Position numbers and translations under genes: made by a program. From Bacteroidales bacterium (GTDB lineage Bacteria; Bacteroidota; Bacteroidia; Bacteroidales; UBA10428), in the NCBI GenBank assembly GCA_016936215.1, contig JAFGPL010000150.1, forward strand, positions 5,262 to 69,261: DNA of 64,000 nt. Reading direction: 5' to 3'. Of the stretch, positions 56,617 to 64,000 are shown in pieces (the first letter of the stretch is position 1; each line of letters begins with the position of its first letter). The notes beneath the pieces were generated by a model. That model was not told where the DNA came from, ran no database searches, and saw only the letters and a list, made by a program, of their open reading frames with translations.

Positions 56617-56715
56617 ATTGCTTTTAGAGGAAATTCTTTAATTCCGCTCGTGAGAGGTTAAAAGGCAATTCTATCTTTTCTTTATCAATTTTTTATCCAT
56701 TTAATTTTTTGTAAA

Positions 56716-58101
56716 ATGTCTAATTTTTTTCGCGATATCATTGAATCTTTAAAAGGTATTGAGCAGGATTATACCAGCATGAAACTTCGAAGGGCAATTG
56801 TTCTATTGGCAATACCAATGGTAATAGAGATGATCATGGAATCTTTGTTTGCCCTTGCAGATATTTATTTTGTTTCGCAGCTTGGCGCTGAAGCTACAGC
56901 CACAGTTGGTATTACAGAATCATTGATGACCATTATCTATTCGATTGGTATGGGGCTGGCCATGGCTACAACCGGACTTGTATCCAGAAGAATTGGTGAA
57001 AAACATGAAAAAGATGCAGCCAATACTGCCGTTCAGGCTATCATTCTCGGAATTGTTTTATCCATCCCGTTTTTTATTGCCGGAACTTTTTATTCAAAGC
57101 AAATATTAAACCTCATGGGGTCGAGTGACGGTGTTATCAACGATGGAAATAAATACTCGGCAATTCTTATAGGCAGCAATGCCATTATTATGCTTCTGTT
57201 TATAAACAATGCCATTTTCAGGAGTGCCGGAGATGCAATGGTTCCTATGATCGTGATGATTGTTGCCAACCTCATCAATATTGTTCTTGACCCCTGCCTT
57301 ATTTTCGGCTGGGGGCCTTTCCCCGAGATGGGGTTAACCGGGGCTGCCGTCGCTACATGTATTGGAAGGAGCATCGGTGTGATTATGCAGATATTCATGC
57401 TTACACGTAAGCATAGAAGAATTTATATAAACTTGAAGTCTGTTATATTAGATTTAAAAATAATTTTAAAACTTCTTGGTCTGTCTGCCGGTGGCATCGG
57501 ACAATTTTTAATATCCACCACCAGTTGGGTATTTCTTTACCGTATCATGACTGAGTTTGGCGATCATGTTGTTGCCGGCTATACCATTGCCATAAGGTTG
57601 CTGATCTTTTCTCTTCTGCCTGCGTGGGGATTGAGCAATGCAGCATCTACACTTGTCGGACAAAACCTCGGGGCAAAACATCCCGAAAGGGCTGAACGAT
57701 CTGCATGGATGATTTCATACGTGAACATGGCATTTTTGTCGGTAGTCGGAATCGTTTTTTATGCAGGAAGCGGGTACTTTGTCCCGTTATTCACTTCAGA
57801 CCCTTTAATCATTGAAATCGGTATAGAATGCCTTAAAATACTAAGTTTCGGATACCTGTTTTACGGTCTTGGCATGGTTATGTCACAATCATTTAATGGT
57901 GCCGGGGATACCTTTACTCCCACCATAATCAATTTTATCTGTTTCTGGTTGATTGAAATCCCTCTTGCATACCTGCTTGCATTGTATTTAAATATGGGGG
58001 CAAAGGGGGTGTTTTTATCAGTTGTCATAGCCGAATCATTGCTCGGATTATTTGCTTTTTTGATATTTAAAAGGGGAAAATGGAAACTCAGGGAAATATA
58101 G
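56716..58101 (+). CDS. MATE-family multidrug/toxic-compound efflux transporter
   Basis: 461 aa with about 12 TMs. N-terminal 'AIPMVIEMIMESLFALADIYFVSQLG' is typical of MatE repeats. Confidence 0.85.
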   Translation: MSNFFRDIIESLKGIEQDYTSMKLRRAIVLLAIPMVIEMIMESLFALADIYFVSQLGAEATATVGITESLMTIIYSIGMGLAMATTGLVSRRIGEKHEKDAANTAVQAIILGIVLSIPFFIAGTFYSKQILNLMGSSDGVINDGNKYSAILIGSNAIIMLLFINNAIFRSAGDAMVPMIVMIVANLINIVLDPCLIFGWGPFPEMGLTGAAVATCIGRSIGVIMQIFMLTRKHRRIYINLKSVILDLKIILKLLGLSAGGIGQFLISTTSWVFLYRIMTEFGDHVVAGYTIAIRLLIFSLLPAWGLSNAASTLVGQNLGAKHPERAERSAWMISYVNMAFLSVVGIVFYAGSGYFVPLFTSDPLIIEIGIECLKILSFGYLFYGLGMVMSQSFNGAGDTFTPTIINFICFWLIEIPLAYLLALYLNMGAKGVFLSVVIAESLLGLFAFLIFKRGKWKLREI

Positions 58102-58178
58102 TCTGTATTTGGTGATAATAATCACTAATCGGAGATATTTTTTATTTCTATTTTTGCAGAATATATTATTGAAAAACA

Positions 58179-58751
58179 ATGGATTTTATACATTCTGATA
58201 TTTATTCTTACCTGGTACTGCCCCTGCTGATTTTTTTTGCCAGGATAACCGATGTAACACTTGATACCCTTCGGATTATTTTCATGGCAAAAGGCAAAAA
58301 ATACCTTCCCCCGTTGTTGGGGTTTGTGGAAGTCATTATCTGGCTGCTTGCCATTACGCGTATCTTCGAAAACCTCGATAACTGGCTGTGTTACCTGGCC
58401 TATGGGGCAGGGTTTGCTGCAGGGAATTTTGTGGGGATAATTGTCGAAGAGAAGATTGCCCTGGGGGTGGAACTAATCAGGATCATTACAGGAAGGGATC
58501 CTACAAACTTAATAAAATCGCTGAGGGAGAAGGGATATGGTATCACCTATATTGATGCCCATGGGAGCCATGGCGAAGTTGGTGTAATATACTCGGTGAT
58601 CAGGCGCAGCGACCTGAAAGATTTTGTCGAATATATGAAAGTGTTCAATCCCAATGCTTTTTATACCATCGAAGATATCCGTTTTGTGAACAAAGATGTT
58701 TTCAGGCCGGTGAGCAATACGGTGCGCAGAAAACGGGGATTGTTCAGATAA
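58179..58751 (+). CDS. DUF2179/UPF0316-family membrane protein
   Basis: Three N-terminal TMs ('ARITDVTLDTLRIIFMAKG') plus a C-terminal soluble DUF2179-like domain ('GITYIDAHGSHGEVGVIYSVIRRSDL'). Confidence 0.6.
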   Translation: MDFIHSDIYSYLVLPLLIFFARITDVTLDTLRIIFMAKGKKYLPPLLGFVEVIIWLLAITRIFENLDNWLCYLAYGAGFAAGNFVGIIVEEKIALGVELIRIITGRDPTNLIKSLREKGYGITYIDAHGSHGEVGVIYSVIRRSDLKDFVEYMKVFNPNAFYTIEDIRFVNKDVFRPVSNTVRRKRGLFR

Positions 58752-58767
58752 ATATACAGTTAGTATT

Positions 58768-59664
58768 ATGTTTCAAAATTACACCGGAGAATATGCCGCC
58801 CTTGCCACAGCAATTTTCTGGACCATTACCGCATTGGCCTTTGAATCGGCCAGTATGAAGGTAGGTTCATTGTCTGTGAACATCATTAGGCTTTTTATAG
58901 GATTTGCATTTCTTACACTTTATGCCTGGATAAGAAGAGGATTATTATTGCCTGTAGACGCTACCGCAGATAACTGGACATGGTTGATAATATCGGGATT
59001 GGTGGGTTTTGTTTTTGGAGATTTGTTTCTGTTTAAAGCCTATACAATCATTGGTTCCCGGTTTTCGATGCTGATTATGACCCTGGTGCCCCCCATAACT
59101 GCCCTGCTTGGTTGGATAGTCCTCGGTGAAAGGCTTACACTGTTCAATTTCCTGGGGATGTTCCTTACTTTTTCAGGGATTGCCCTGGCTATTTTCAGTA
59201 GGGGCGAAAACGATAAAATATCGCTGAAACTTGCCCCCAAAGGGGTATTGTTTGCTTTCGGCGGTGCCCTGGGACAAGCCGGCGGACTGGTCCTTAGTAA
59301 ATTCGGAATGGGGAGTTACGATGCATTTGCCTCCACGCAAATCAGGATTATTGCCGGAATAGCCGGATTTGTCCTGTTGGTTACCCTTCTGAAAAGATGG
59401 AAAAAGGTGGGGAATGCCGTAAATAACCGTCATGCAATGACCGGAATAACCATAGGTTCATTTTTCGGCCCTTTTCTGGGGGTGTCTTTCTCATTAATTG
59501 CCGTTAAATTCACACAAACCGGTATTGCCTCTACCATTATGTCGCTTGTACCTGTTTTAATCATTCCCCCGGCCTATCTTCTTTTCAGGCAAAAGGTTAC
59601 TTTTATTGAAATTATTGGTACCATGATCAGTGTGGGTGGCGTAACCCTGTTTTTTATAAAATAA
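58768..59664 (+). CDS. DMT-superfamily (EamA-like) transporter
   Basis: 298 aa with ten hydrophobic helices arranged as two EamA-type repeats. Confidence 0.75.
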   Translation: MFQNYTGEYAALATAIFWTITALAFESASMKVGSLSVNIIRLFIGFAFLTLYAWIRRGLLLPVDATADNWTWLIISGLVGFVFGDLFLFKAYTIIGSRFSMLIMTLVPPITALLGWIVLGERLTLFNFLGMFLTFSGIALAIFSRGENDKISLKLAPKGVLFAFGGALGQAGGLVLSKFGMGSYDAFASTQIRIIAGIAGFVLLVTLLKRWKKVGNAVNNRHAMTGITIGSFFGPFLGVSFSLIAVKFTQTGIASTIMSLVPVLIIPPAYLLFRQKVTFIEIIGTMISVGGVTLFFIK

Positions 59665-59740
59665 AAAGAGGCTGTTTAGGGGTTAATAACTTTTCTTTTG
59701 TCTTTATGCCAGTAACAATGGTTTTAATAAATTTGTTGTT

Positions 59741-60298
59741 GTGGCAGCCGACGAAGATAAAATATTATTCAACCTCGTAAAACAAGGCAACAAACCTGCT
59801 TTTGATTCGCTTTTTCATAAATATTATGTGCGGCTTTGCCGATTTGTCTTGTCATATACCAAATCAAAAGACATGGCTGAAGAGACGGTGCAGGAGGTAT
59901 TTGTGAAAATCTGGTGCCAGCGTGCATCATTGGAGATTGAAACTTCTGTTGTTTCTTATCTTTTCACGGCTGTGAAAAACCACGCCTTCAATGAACTAAA
60001 AAAAATCTCAATAAGAAAAAAATACGAGTCGGAATATACCGAAAAAGAAGTGCGGGAACTTGAAAAATCACCGGTAATAAAACAAGACGATTTTAAAAAT
60101 GCCCTTATCAATGCCATGACTGAACTACCTGAAAAATGCCGTGAAATCTTTCAATTGTGCAAAAATGATGGACTTACTTATGATGAGATAGCAGTGTATT
60201 TAAATATTTCGCCAAAAACAGTTGATAACCAGATGGGAATCGCTTTCAAAAAACTGCGTGAATTGCTTAAACCGGTTCTTGAAGAACTTCTGGAGTGA
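59741..60298 (+). CDS. ECF sigma factor (FecI-like, Bacteroidota expansion type)
   Basis: GTG start. Region 2 'MAEETVQEVFVKIW'. Region 4 'TYDEIAVYLNISPKTVDNQMGIAFKKL'. Confidence 0.85.
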   Translation: MAADEDKILFNLVKQGNKPAFDSLFHKYYVRLCRFVLSYTKSKDMAEETVQEVFVKIWCQRASLEIETSVVSYLFTAVKNHAFNELKKISIRKKYESEYTEKEVRELEKSPVIKQDDFKNALINAMTELPEKCREIFQLCKNDGLTYDEIAVYLNISPKTVDNQMGIAFKKLRELLKPVLEELLE

Positions 60299-60388
60299 GA
60301 AATCTGGATTTTTCTTGAAGAAGTTAAAAAATTATTTAAAAAATATAGGGGAACTAATATCAGTTACTGTCATACGATAAAAAATGCA

Positions 60389-61393
60389 ATGAATGAAAAA
60401 ATTCCATACGAACTCTTAGCAAGGTACTTTACAGGGGAAAGCCCTGAAGATGAGATAACCCTTGTTGAAAAATGGAGAAAAGAGAGCCCGGACAACGAAC
60501 AGGTTTTTAAAGAATTCGAGGCTATTTGGAGACACTCAAATGAAGTGCATTCTGATTTTAATCCAGATTCCACCATAGCATTGAATAATGTAAACGCCAG
60601 AATTGAACTGGCAGATAAAGAACAATCAATCCTGCCAAAAACCAGGGGTGTCCTGTATTACAGTCTGCGTATTGCTGCCCTGCTGATGCTTTCATTAGCG
60701 GTATGGTATGGTTTTCATAATACAGCAGATAAAGCAACATGGGTTGCCGAAACAAATAATGGTAAAGAGCCCAGGGAATTATTCCTTTCTGATGGAAGTA
60801 AAATTACCCTCAACAGTAACAGTATCATAAAGTTTCCCGAAAAATTCGGTAAAAAAACCCGTGATATTCAGCTTGAAGGCGAAGCGTTTTTCGAAGTTGC
60901 CCGTAATATGGAAAGGCCCTTTATTATCATTGCGCAGAATTCTGTCACACAGGTGCTGGGTACATCTTTCAACCTCAGGGCAAGGCCCGAAGAAGAAGAG
61001 GTAGTACTCTCGGTTGCTGAAGGAAAAGTAGCCTTCTCATCCCGAAAAAATGAACAAATTGCAAAAGTAACGCTCGAAGCCGGGGAAACAGCCATATTGA
61101 ATAAACCGGTAAATGCCATTACCGAAGCAAAAAGCGAAGACATGAATTACATGGCCTGGAAAACCGGTATTCTCAGGTTCAACAATACCCCTTTAACCAA
61201 AGTTGCAAAAGACCTTTCAAAATTTTATCATACTCTTTTTTATTTTGAAAACTCAGGTTTGGATTCCGTTAAAATAAATATCGAAATCAACAACATGACT
61301 GTTGATAAGATGATTGAAGCTATGGAAATCATAGGTATTCAGATTAGAAATACCGGTAATGGTTATGTGATCATACCGGCAGAAAGTCAATAA
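60389..61393 (+). CDS. FecR-family anti-sigma factor / transmembrane sensor
   Basis: 'LLARYFTGESPEDEITLVEKW', TM 'IAALLMLSLAVWYGF', FecR domain 'LSDGSKITLNSNSIIKF..LEGEAFFEV', and a C-terminal 'LRFNNTPLTKVAKDLSKFY' domain. Confidence 0.85.
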   Translation: MNEKIPYELLARYFTGESPEDEITLVEKWRKESPDNEQVFKEFEAIWRHSNEVHSDFNPDSTIALNNVNARIELADKEQSILPKTRGVLYYSLRIAALLMLSLAVWYGFHNTADKATWVAETNNGKEPRELFLSDGSKITLNSNSIIKFPEKFGKKTRDIQLEGEAFFEVARNMERPFIIIAQNSVTQVLGTSFNLRARPEEEEVVLSVAEGKVAFSSRKNEQIAKVTLEAGETAILNKPVNAITEAKSEDMNYMAWKTGILRFNNTPLTKVAKDLSKFYHTLFYFENSGLDSVKINIEINNMTVDKMIEAMEIIGIQIRNTGNGYVIIPAESQ

Positions 61394-61415
61394 AAAAAAA
61401 CAGTTCCATATTTCA

Positions 61416-62630
61416 GTGGGCGTTAATATCAAAATATCCATCATGCTGACTTTGTTTACATACAATTTATGGGCGCAGAATGCCAATACCGAAGCTGCTT
61501 TCAGCGGTAGCTGCAGGGGCATTACTGTTCGTGAAACACTTGATTATATAAGCACACTCACAGGTGTTAAGTTTGCATATACCTCACTTTCGGTTGATGA
61601 GAAAAAGCTGGTAAATTTTACTTTTAACAACCTTACAGTGCCGGAACTGCTTGAGATAATGCATGAGCATACAGACCTTAAACCAACGATTCTGGGTAAC
61701 CAGGTTTTACTAAAGGCCGAAGCTTACAAGCCGAAGAAATATCTTCTTTCGGGAATTGTATTCGAACAGGATAGCATTACCCCGGTTTCTTATGCCGCGG
61801 TTTCGGTTTCAGGCAGGGCTGTCGGGACAATTGCCGATGTGCAGGGGAGATTTGAATTTGAACTTACAGACGAATTCTCGGATGACACGCTTGCTTTTTC
61901 CATGATGGGCTATGAGCCATATATAATCCCGGTAAGGAGTTTTATTAGCCATCCGGGAAAATTGATTGTTTTACAGACCGCGGTATATGAAATAAAACCG
62001 GTAAAGATATCATCAAAAGATTTTAAGAAAGTTACAGTTGGCAACAGCAGGAATATACCTGCGGGATCGCTTTACATGGACACAAATGGCCAGCAGGCAG
62101 CACTGCTTGTGGAAAACGACAAAGGCATTGACGGTAAGTTGCTTACAGTAAATTATTATCTCTCCGCAAGCGGTAATACAGATGCCCCGTTCAGGGTCAG
62201 ATTGTACGCTGTTGATACCATAACAGGGGAACCCGGAAATGACATGATCAATGAGATTATTGTGGTGAAACCTGATATTAAAAGAGGCTGGTACGGCGTG
62301 GATATCAGGAAATTTGATATTTGTGTTCCTGAAAACGGTTTTTTTATTGCCATGGAAGGAGTATTTCCCAACAATTATGATTTTTATACCGGTGACGATG
62401 GCTTTATTGATCTCACAGGTGGCAACCAGGTAATTGAAGATGATGCCCCGGTTTCAATAATCTATGGTCAGCGGCTTGGGTATTCCCGTAACAGGAAAGA
62501 CAAAAACAATACATGGCACTATTCGCTCTCGCATACCTGGTTTCAGTTAAAGAGACAGCCTTTTGGAATCATGGTTTCGGCTGAAGTTCAGGTTAGAAAA
62601 AACAAAAGAAATGAAAGGACAGGAAGATGA
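61416..62630 (+). CDS. STN (secretin/TonB N-terminal signalling) + CarboxypepD_reg-like protein with an unassigned beta-rich C-terminal domain; no plug or TonB-dependent barrel
   Basis: STN-like 'ITVRETLDYISTLTGVKFAYTS..FNNLTVPELLEIMHEHTDLKPTILGNQVLL'. CarboxypepD_reg-like 'LSGIVFEQDSITPVSYAAVSVSGRAVGTIADVQGRFEFEL'. The protein is only 404 aa. Confidence 0.6.
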   Translation: MGVNIKISIMLTLFTYNLWAQNANTEAAFSGSCRGITVRETLDYISTLTGVKFAYTSLSVDEKKLVNFTFNNLTVPELLEIMHEHTDLKPTILGNQVLLKAEAYKPKKYLLSGIVFEQDSITPVSYAAVSVSGRAVGTIADVQGRFEFELTDEFSDDTLAFSMMGYEPYIIPVRSFISHPGKLIVLQTAVYEIKPVKISSKDFKKVTVGNSRNIPAGSLYMDTNGQQAALLVENDKGIDGKLLTVNYYLSASGNTDAPFRVRLYAVDTITGEPGNDMINEIIVVKPDIKRGWYGVDIRKFDICVPENGFFIAMEGVFPNNYDFYTGDDGFIDLTGGNQVIEDDAPVSIIYGQRLGYSRNRKDKNNTWHYSLSHTWFQLKRQPFGIMVSAEVQVRKNKRNERTGR

Positions 62631-63652
62631 AAAAATGTCTCTTAATAATATTTTCACTGGTTGCCGGAATAACTGTATCTGCACAGTGCGATTCCCGGCT
62701 CGTGGAAAAGGCAGCTTCGCAAAGCGGCACAGATGCATTGTACATCCGCGATTTTAAAGTTAAGCTTGAAGAAGGCACTATGAACAGGCCTTCCCCGGTC
62801 GGCAGGTTCCAGGTTTACCTGAACAAAGGTATTCATTACAGGTTCAATGTAGCCAATGCCGCTGAATTTGAGGGTGAAGCTATTCTTCAACTCTACGACC
62901 GCTCGAGGTTAATTGGTAGTACCTACGATACCGGGAAAAAAATTGACAAAAAGATGTTCGACTATTTATGCGAAAAAAACGGGAACTACCAGGTACTGAT
63001 GTCTTTCCGGGAGGGCAAAAGCGGATGCGCTGCTGCTGTTATGTCTATGATGCTTAGCGATACCATAACCGCAAAAAGCCAACTGACCGCAAATTATAAT
63101 GGCGAAATGGAGAAACTTTATATAGGAATTGATAATGAACTTAATATAGCCGCTACGGATATCCCCGGAGGATCGCTCGAGGTTTCTATTAGCCGGGGTA
63201 CCATTGAGGGGAACAATGGAAGATATATTGCACGTGTTACCCATAAAGGAATTGTAACAATAAAGGTAATCGCCCGTGATAAAACCGGGAAGGTTAACGA
63301 GATGGATTCAATAAGTTTTCAGGTAACAGATATTCCGTTACCCATGGCAGCGATTGATGGAATATTCGGTACCACTGTTTATAAAAGGGATATTGAAAAA
63401 CTAGACGAGATCATATTGCAATATCCGGTTGACGTTGGCAAACAAATATCTACTATAACCGAATTTACAGTTTCAGACGAAAAAAGTCCTGGAAGGGGGG
63501 TTATATCTTATAGCCACCGAATTACACCTTCACAAAAGAGCCTTCTTAACAGTCTTAACCCGGGTGAGCGTTTCATGATCAGGGATGTATATGTACGGGG
63601 GCCTGATGGTGGCTTGCACAGACTGGAACCTGTTACGTACTATATAGAATAA
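62627..63652 (+). CDS. Secreted protein with a GldM C-terminal-like domain
   Basis: ATGA overlap with the upstream stop. Signal peptide 'MKKCLLIIFSLVAGITVSAQ'. 'KLYIGIDNELNIAA', 'FQVTDIPLPMAAIDG' and 'IRDVYVRGPDGGLHRLEPV' follow the GldM_C pattern as I recall it. Confidence 0.55.
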   Translation: MKKCLLIIFSLVAGITVSAQCDSRLVEKAASQSGTDALYIRDFKVKLEEGTMNRPSPVGRFQVYLNKGIHYRFNVANAAEFEGEAILQLYDRSRLIGSTYDTGKKIDKKMFDYLCEKNGNYQVLMSFREGKSGCAAAVMSMMLSDTITAKSQLTANYNGEMEKLYIGIDNELNIAATDIPGGSLEVSISRGTIEGNNGRYIARVTHKGIVTIKVIARDKTGKVNEMDSISFQVTDIPLPMAAIDGIFGTTVYKRDIEKLDEIILQYPVDVGKQISTITEFTVSDEKSPGRGVISYSHRITPSQKSLLNSLNPGERFMIRDVYVRGPDGGLHRLEPVTYYIE

Positions 63653-63691
63653 CCGGAAGAACGTTAATAACAGATTTTTAAAATATTATGA

Positions 63692-63711
63692 TTTCAATCC
63701 ACTGATTGAAA
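63692..63711 (+). terminator. Weak hairpin after the GldM_C-like gene
   Basis: 'tttcaat ccactg attgaaa' is a 7-bp AT-rich stem with no clear T-run. Confidence 0.3.
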
Positions 63712-63772
63712 AAGGGGAAGGTACATCTTTTTAACAACGAATGGTAATCCATTATTCAAAAAAACATTTGCC

Positions 63773-64000
63773 ATGAAAAACATACTTCTTTTTATAATAA
63801 TCCTGGCAGCACAAATACCCTGCCGGTCACAAAACCTTGCCAACAGCCGGAAATCCGGTGCCAACACTTTTGTATACAAATTAACCCCGCAGGAAGCCAG
63901 GAAAATATACCAGAAAGGAACAAAAAAAATTGACAGTACCTTATACCATAATTTTGTGGCATCAATACCTGATGGCAGAAACATCCCTCCGCGACTTGAA
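63773..64000 (+). CDS. Secreted hypothetical protein, 5' part (runs off the window)
   Basis: The ATG at 63773 opens a frame that stays open for 76 codons to the window end. It begins 'MKNILLFIIILAAQIPCRSQ' (signal peptide). It is absent from the ORF track because it has no stop. Confidence 0.45.
   Translation, partial: MKNILLFIIILAAQIPCRSQNLANSRKSGANTFVYKLTPQEARKIYQKGTKKIDSTLYHNFVASIPDGRNIPPRLE

Noticed and set aside
56091-56715. Replication origin (oriC) in the 625-nt AT-rich region
   Set aside because: I found no cluster of DnaA boxes. The closest matches to TTATCCACA are 'TTATCCAT' at about 56693 and 'TGTGAATAC' at about 56497, and both are weak. No dnaA, dnaN or gidA neighbours are present. 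AT-richness alone is insufficient.
61416-62630. Interpretation of the 404-aa STN/CarboxypepD_reg ORF as a truncated susC pseudogene
   Set aside because: The sequence after the CarboxypepD_reg-like domain does not resemble a TonB-dependent plug in this frame. The next gene starts by ATGA overlap and encodes an unrelated GldM_C-like protein. No barrel-like ORF follows before the window end. This remains to be confirmed by an HMM search.
63694-63984. 96-aa minus-strand ORF at the right end
   Set aside because: The plus strand carries an open frame from the ATG at 63773 to the window edge with a clear signal peptide. The minus-strand ORF is its antisense shadow.

Overview
This 64-kb chromosomal segment reads as Bacteroidota. 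Supporting signs are split F-type ATP synthase operons with a short epsilon subunit, ECF-sigma/FecR modules, a GldM_C-type domain, many lipoprotein CAZymes, TAnnTTTG-type -7 boxes and almost no Shine-Dalgarno sequences. I saw no rRNA, tRNA, CRISPR array, transposase, integrase or prophage gene.

Content from left to right:
1. A nuclease-containing SF1 helicase cut by the window edge.
2. A pectin / rhamnogalacturonan-type CAZyme island at 1.7-17.5 kb. It holds GH2, GH105, GH112 phosphorylase, a GPH symporter, two GH28 genes and two large unassigned lipoproteins. It has no susC/susD pair and no regulator.
3. Envelope genes: a LolA-like protein, a nucleotidyltransferase, and an ECF sigma / anti-sigma / beta-barrel trio.
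4. A TetR-headed LolA-like + 2x FtsX permease + ABC ATPase + beta-barrel operon at 22.1-28.4 kb.
5. Core housekeeping genes: atpBEFHAG preceded by bactofilin and AtpZ, then fabH-plsX-rpmF-yceD, atpDC, a GT9 heptosyltransferase, polA and rsgA.
6. Two hybrid histidine kinases, a Cys-less MoeB/ThiF-like gene divergent from an ArsR regulator, and MATE and EamA transporters.
7. At the right end, an ECF sigma - FecR - STN/CarboxypepD_reg protein without a TonB-dependent barrel - GldM_C-like protein cluster.

The candidates for undescribed biology that I rate highest are the barrel-less sigma/FecR/STN/GldM_C module (59.7-63.7 kb), the self-contained Lol-like export operon (22.1-28.4 kb) and the GH112 + symporter pair inside the SusCD-less pectin island.

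All family calls come from motif recognition by eye; no database search was possible. Coordinates of small non-coding features may be off by 1-2 nt.
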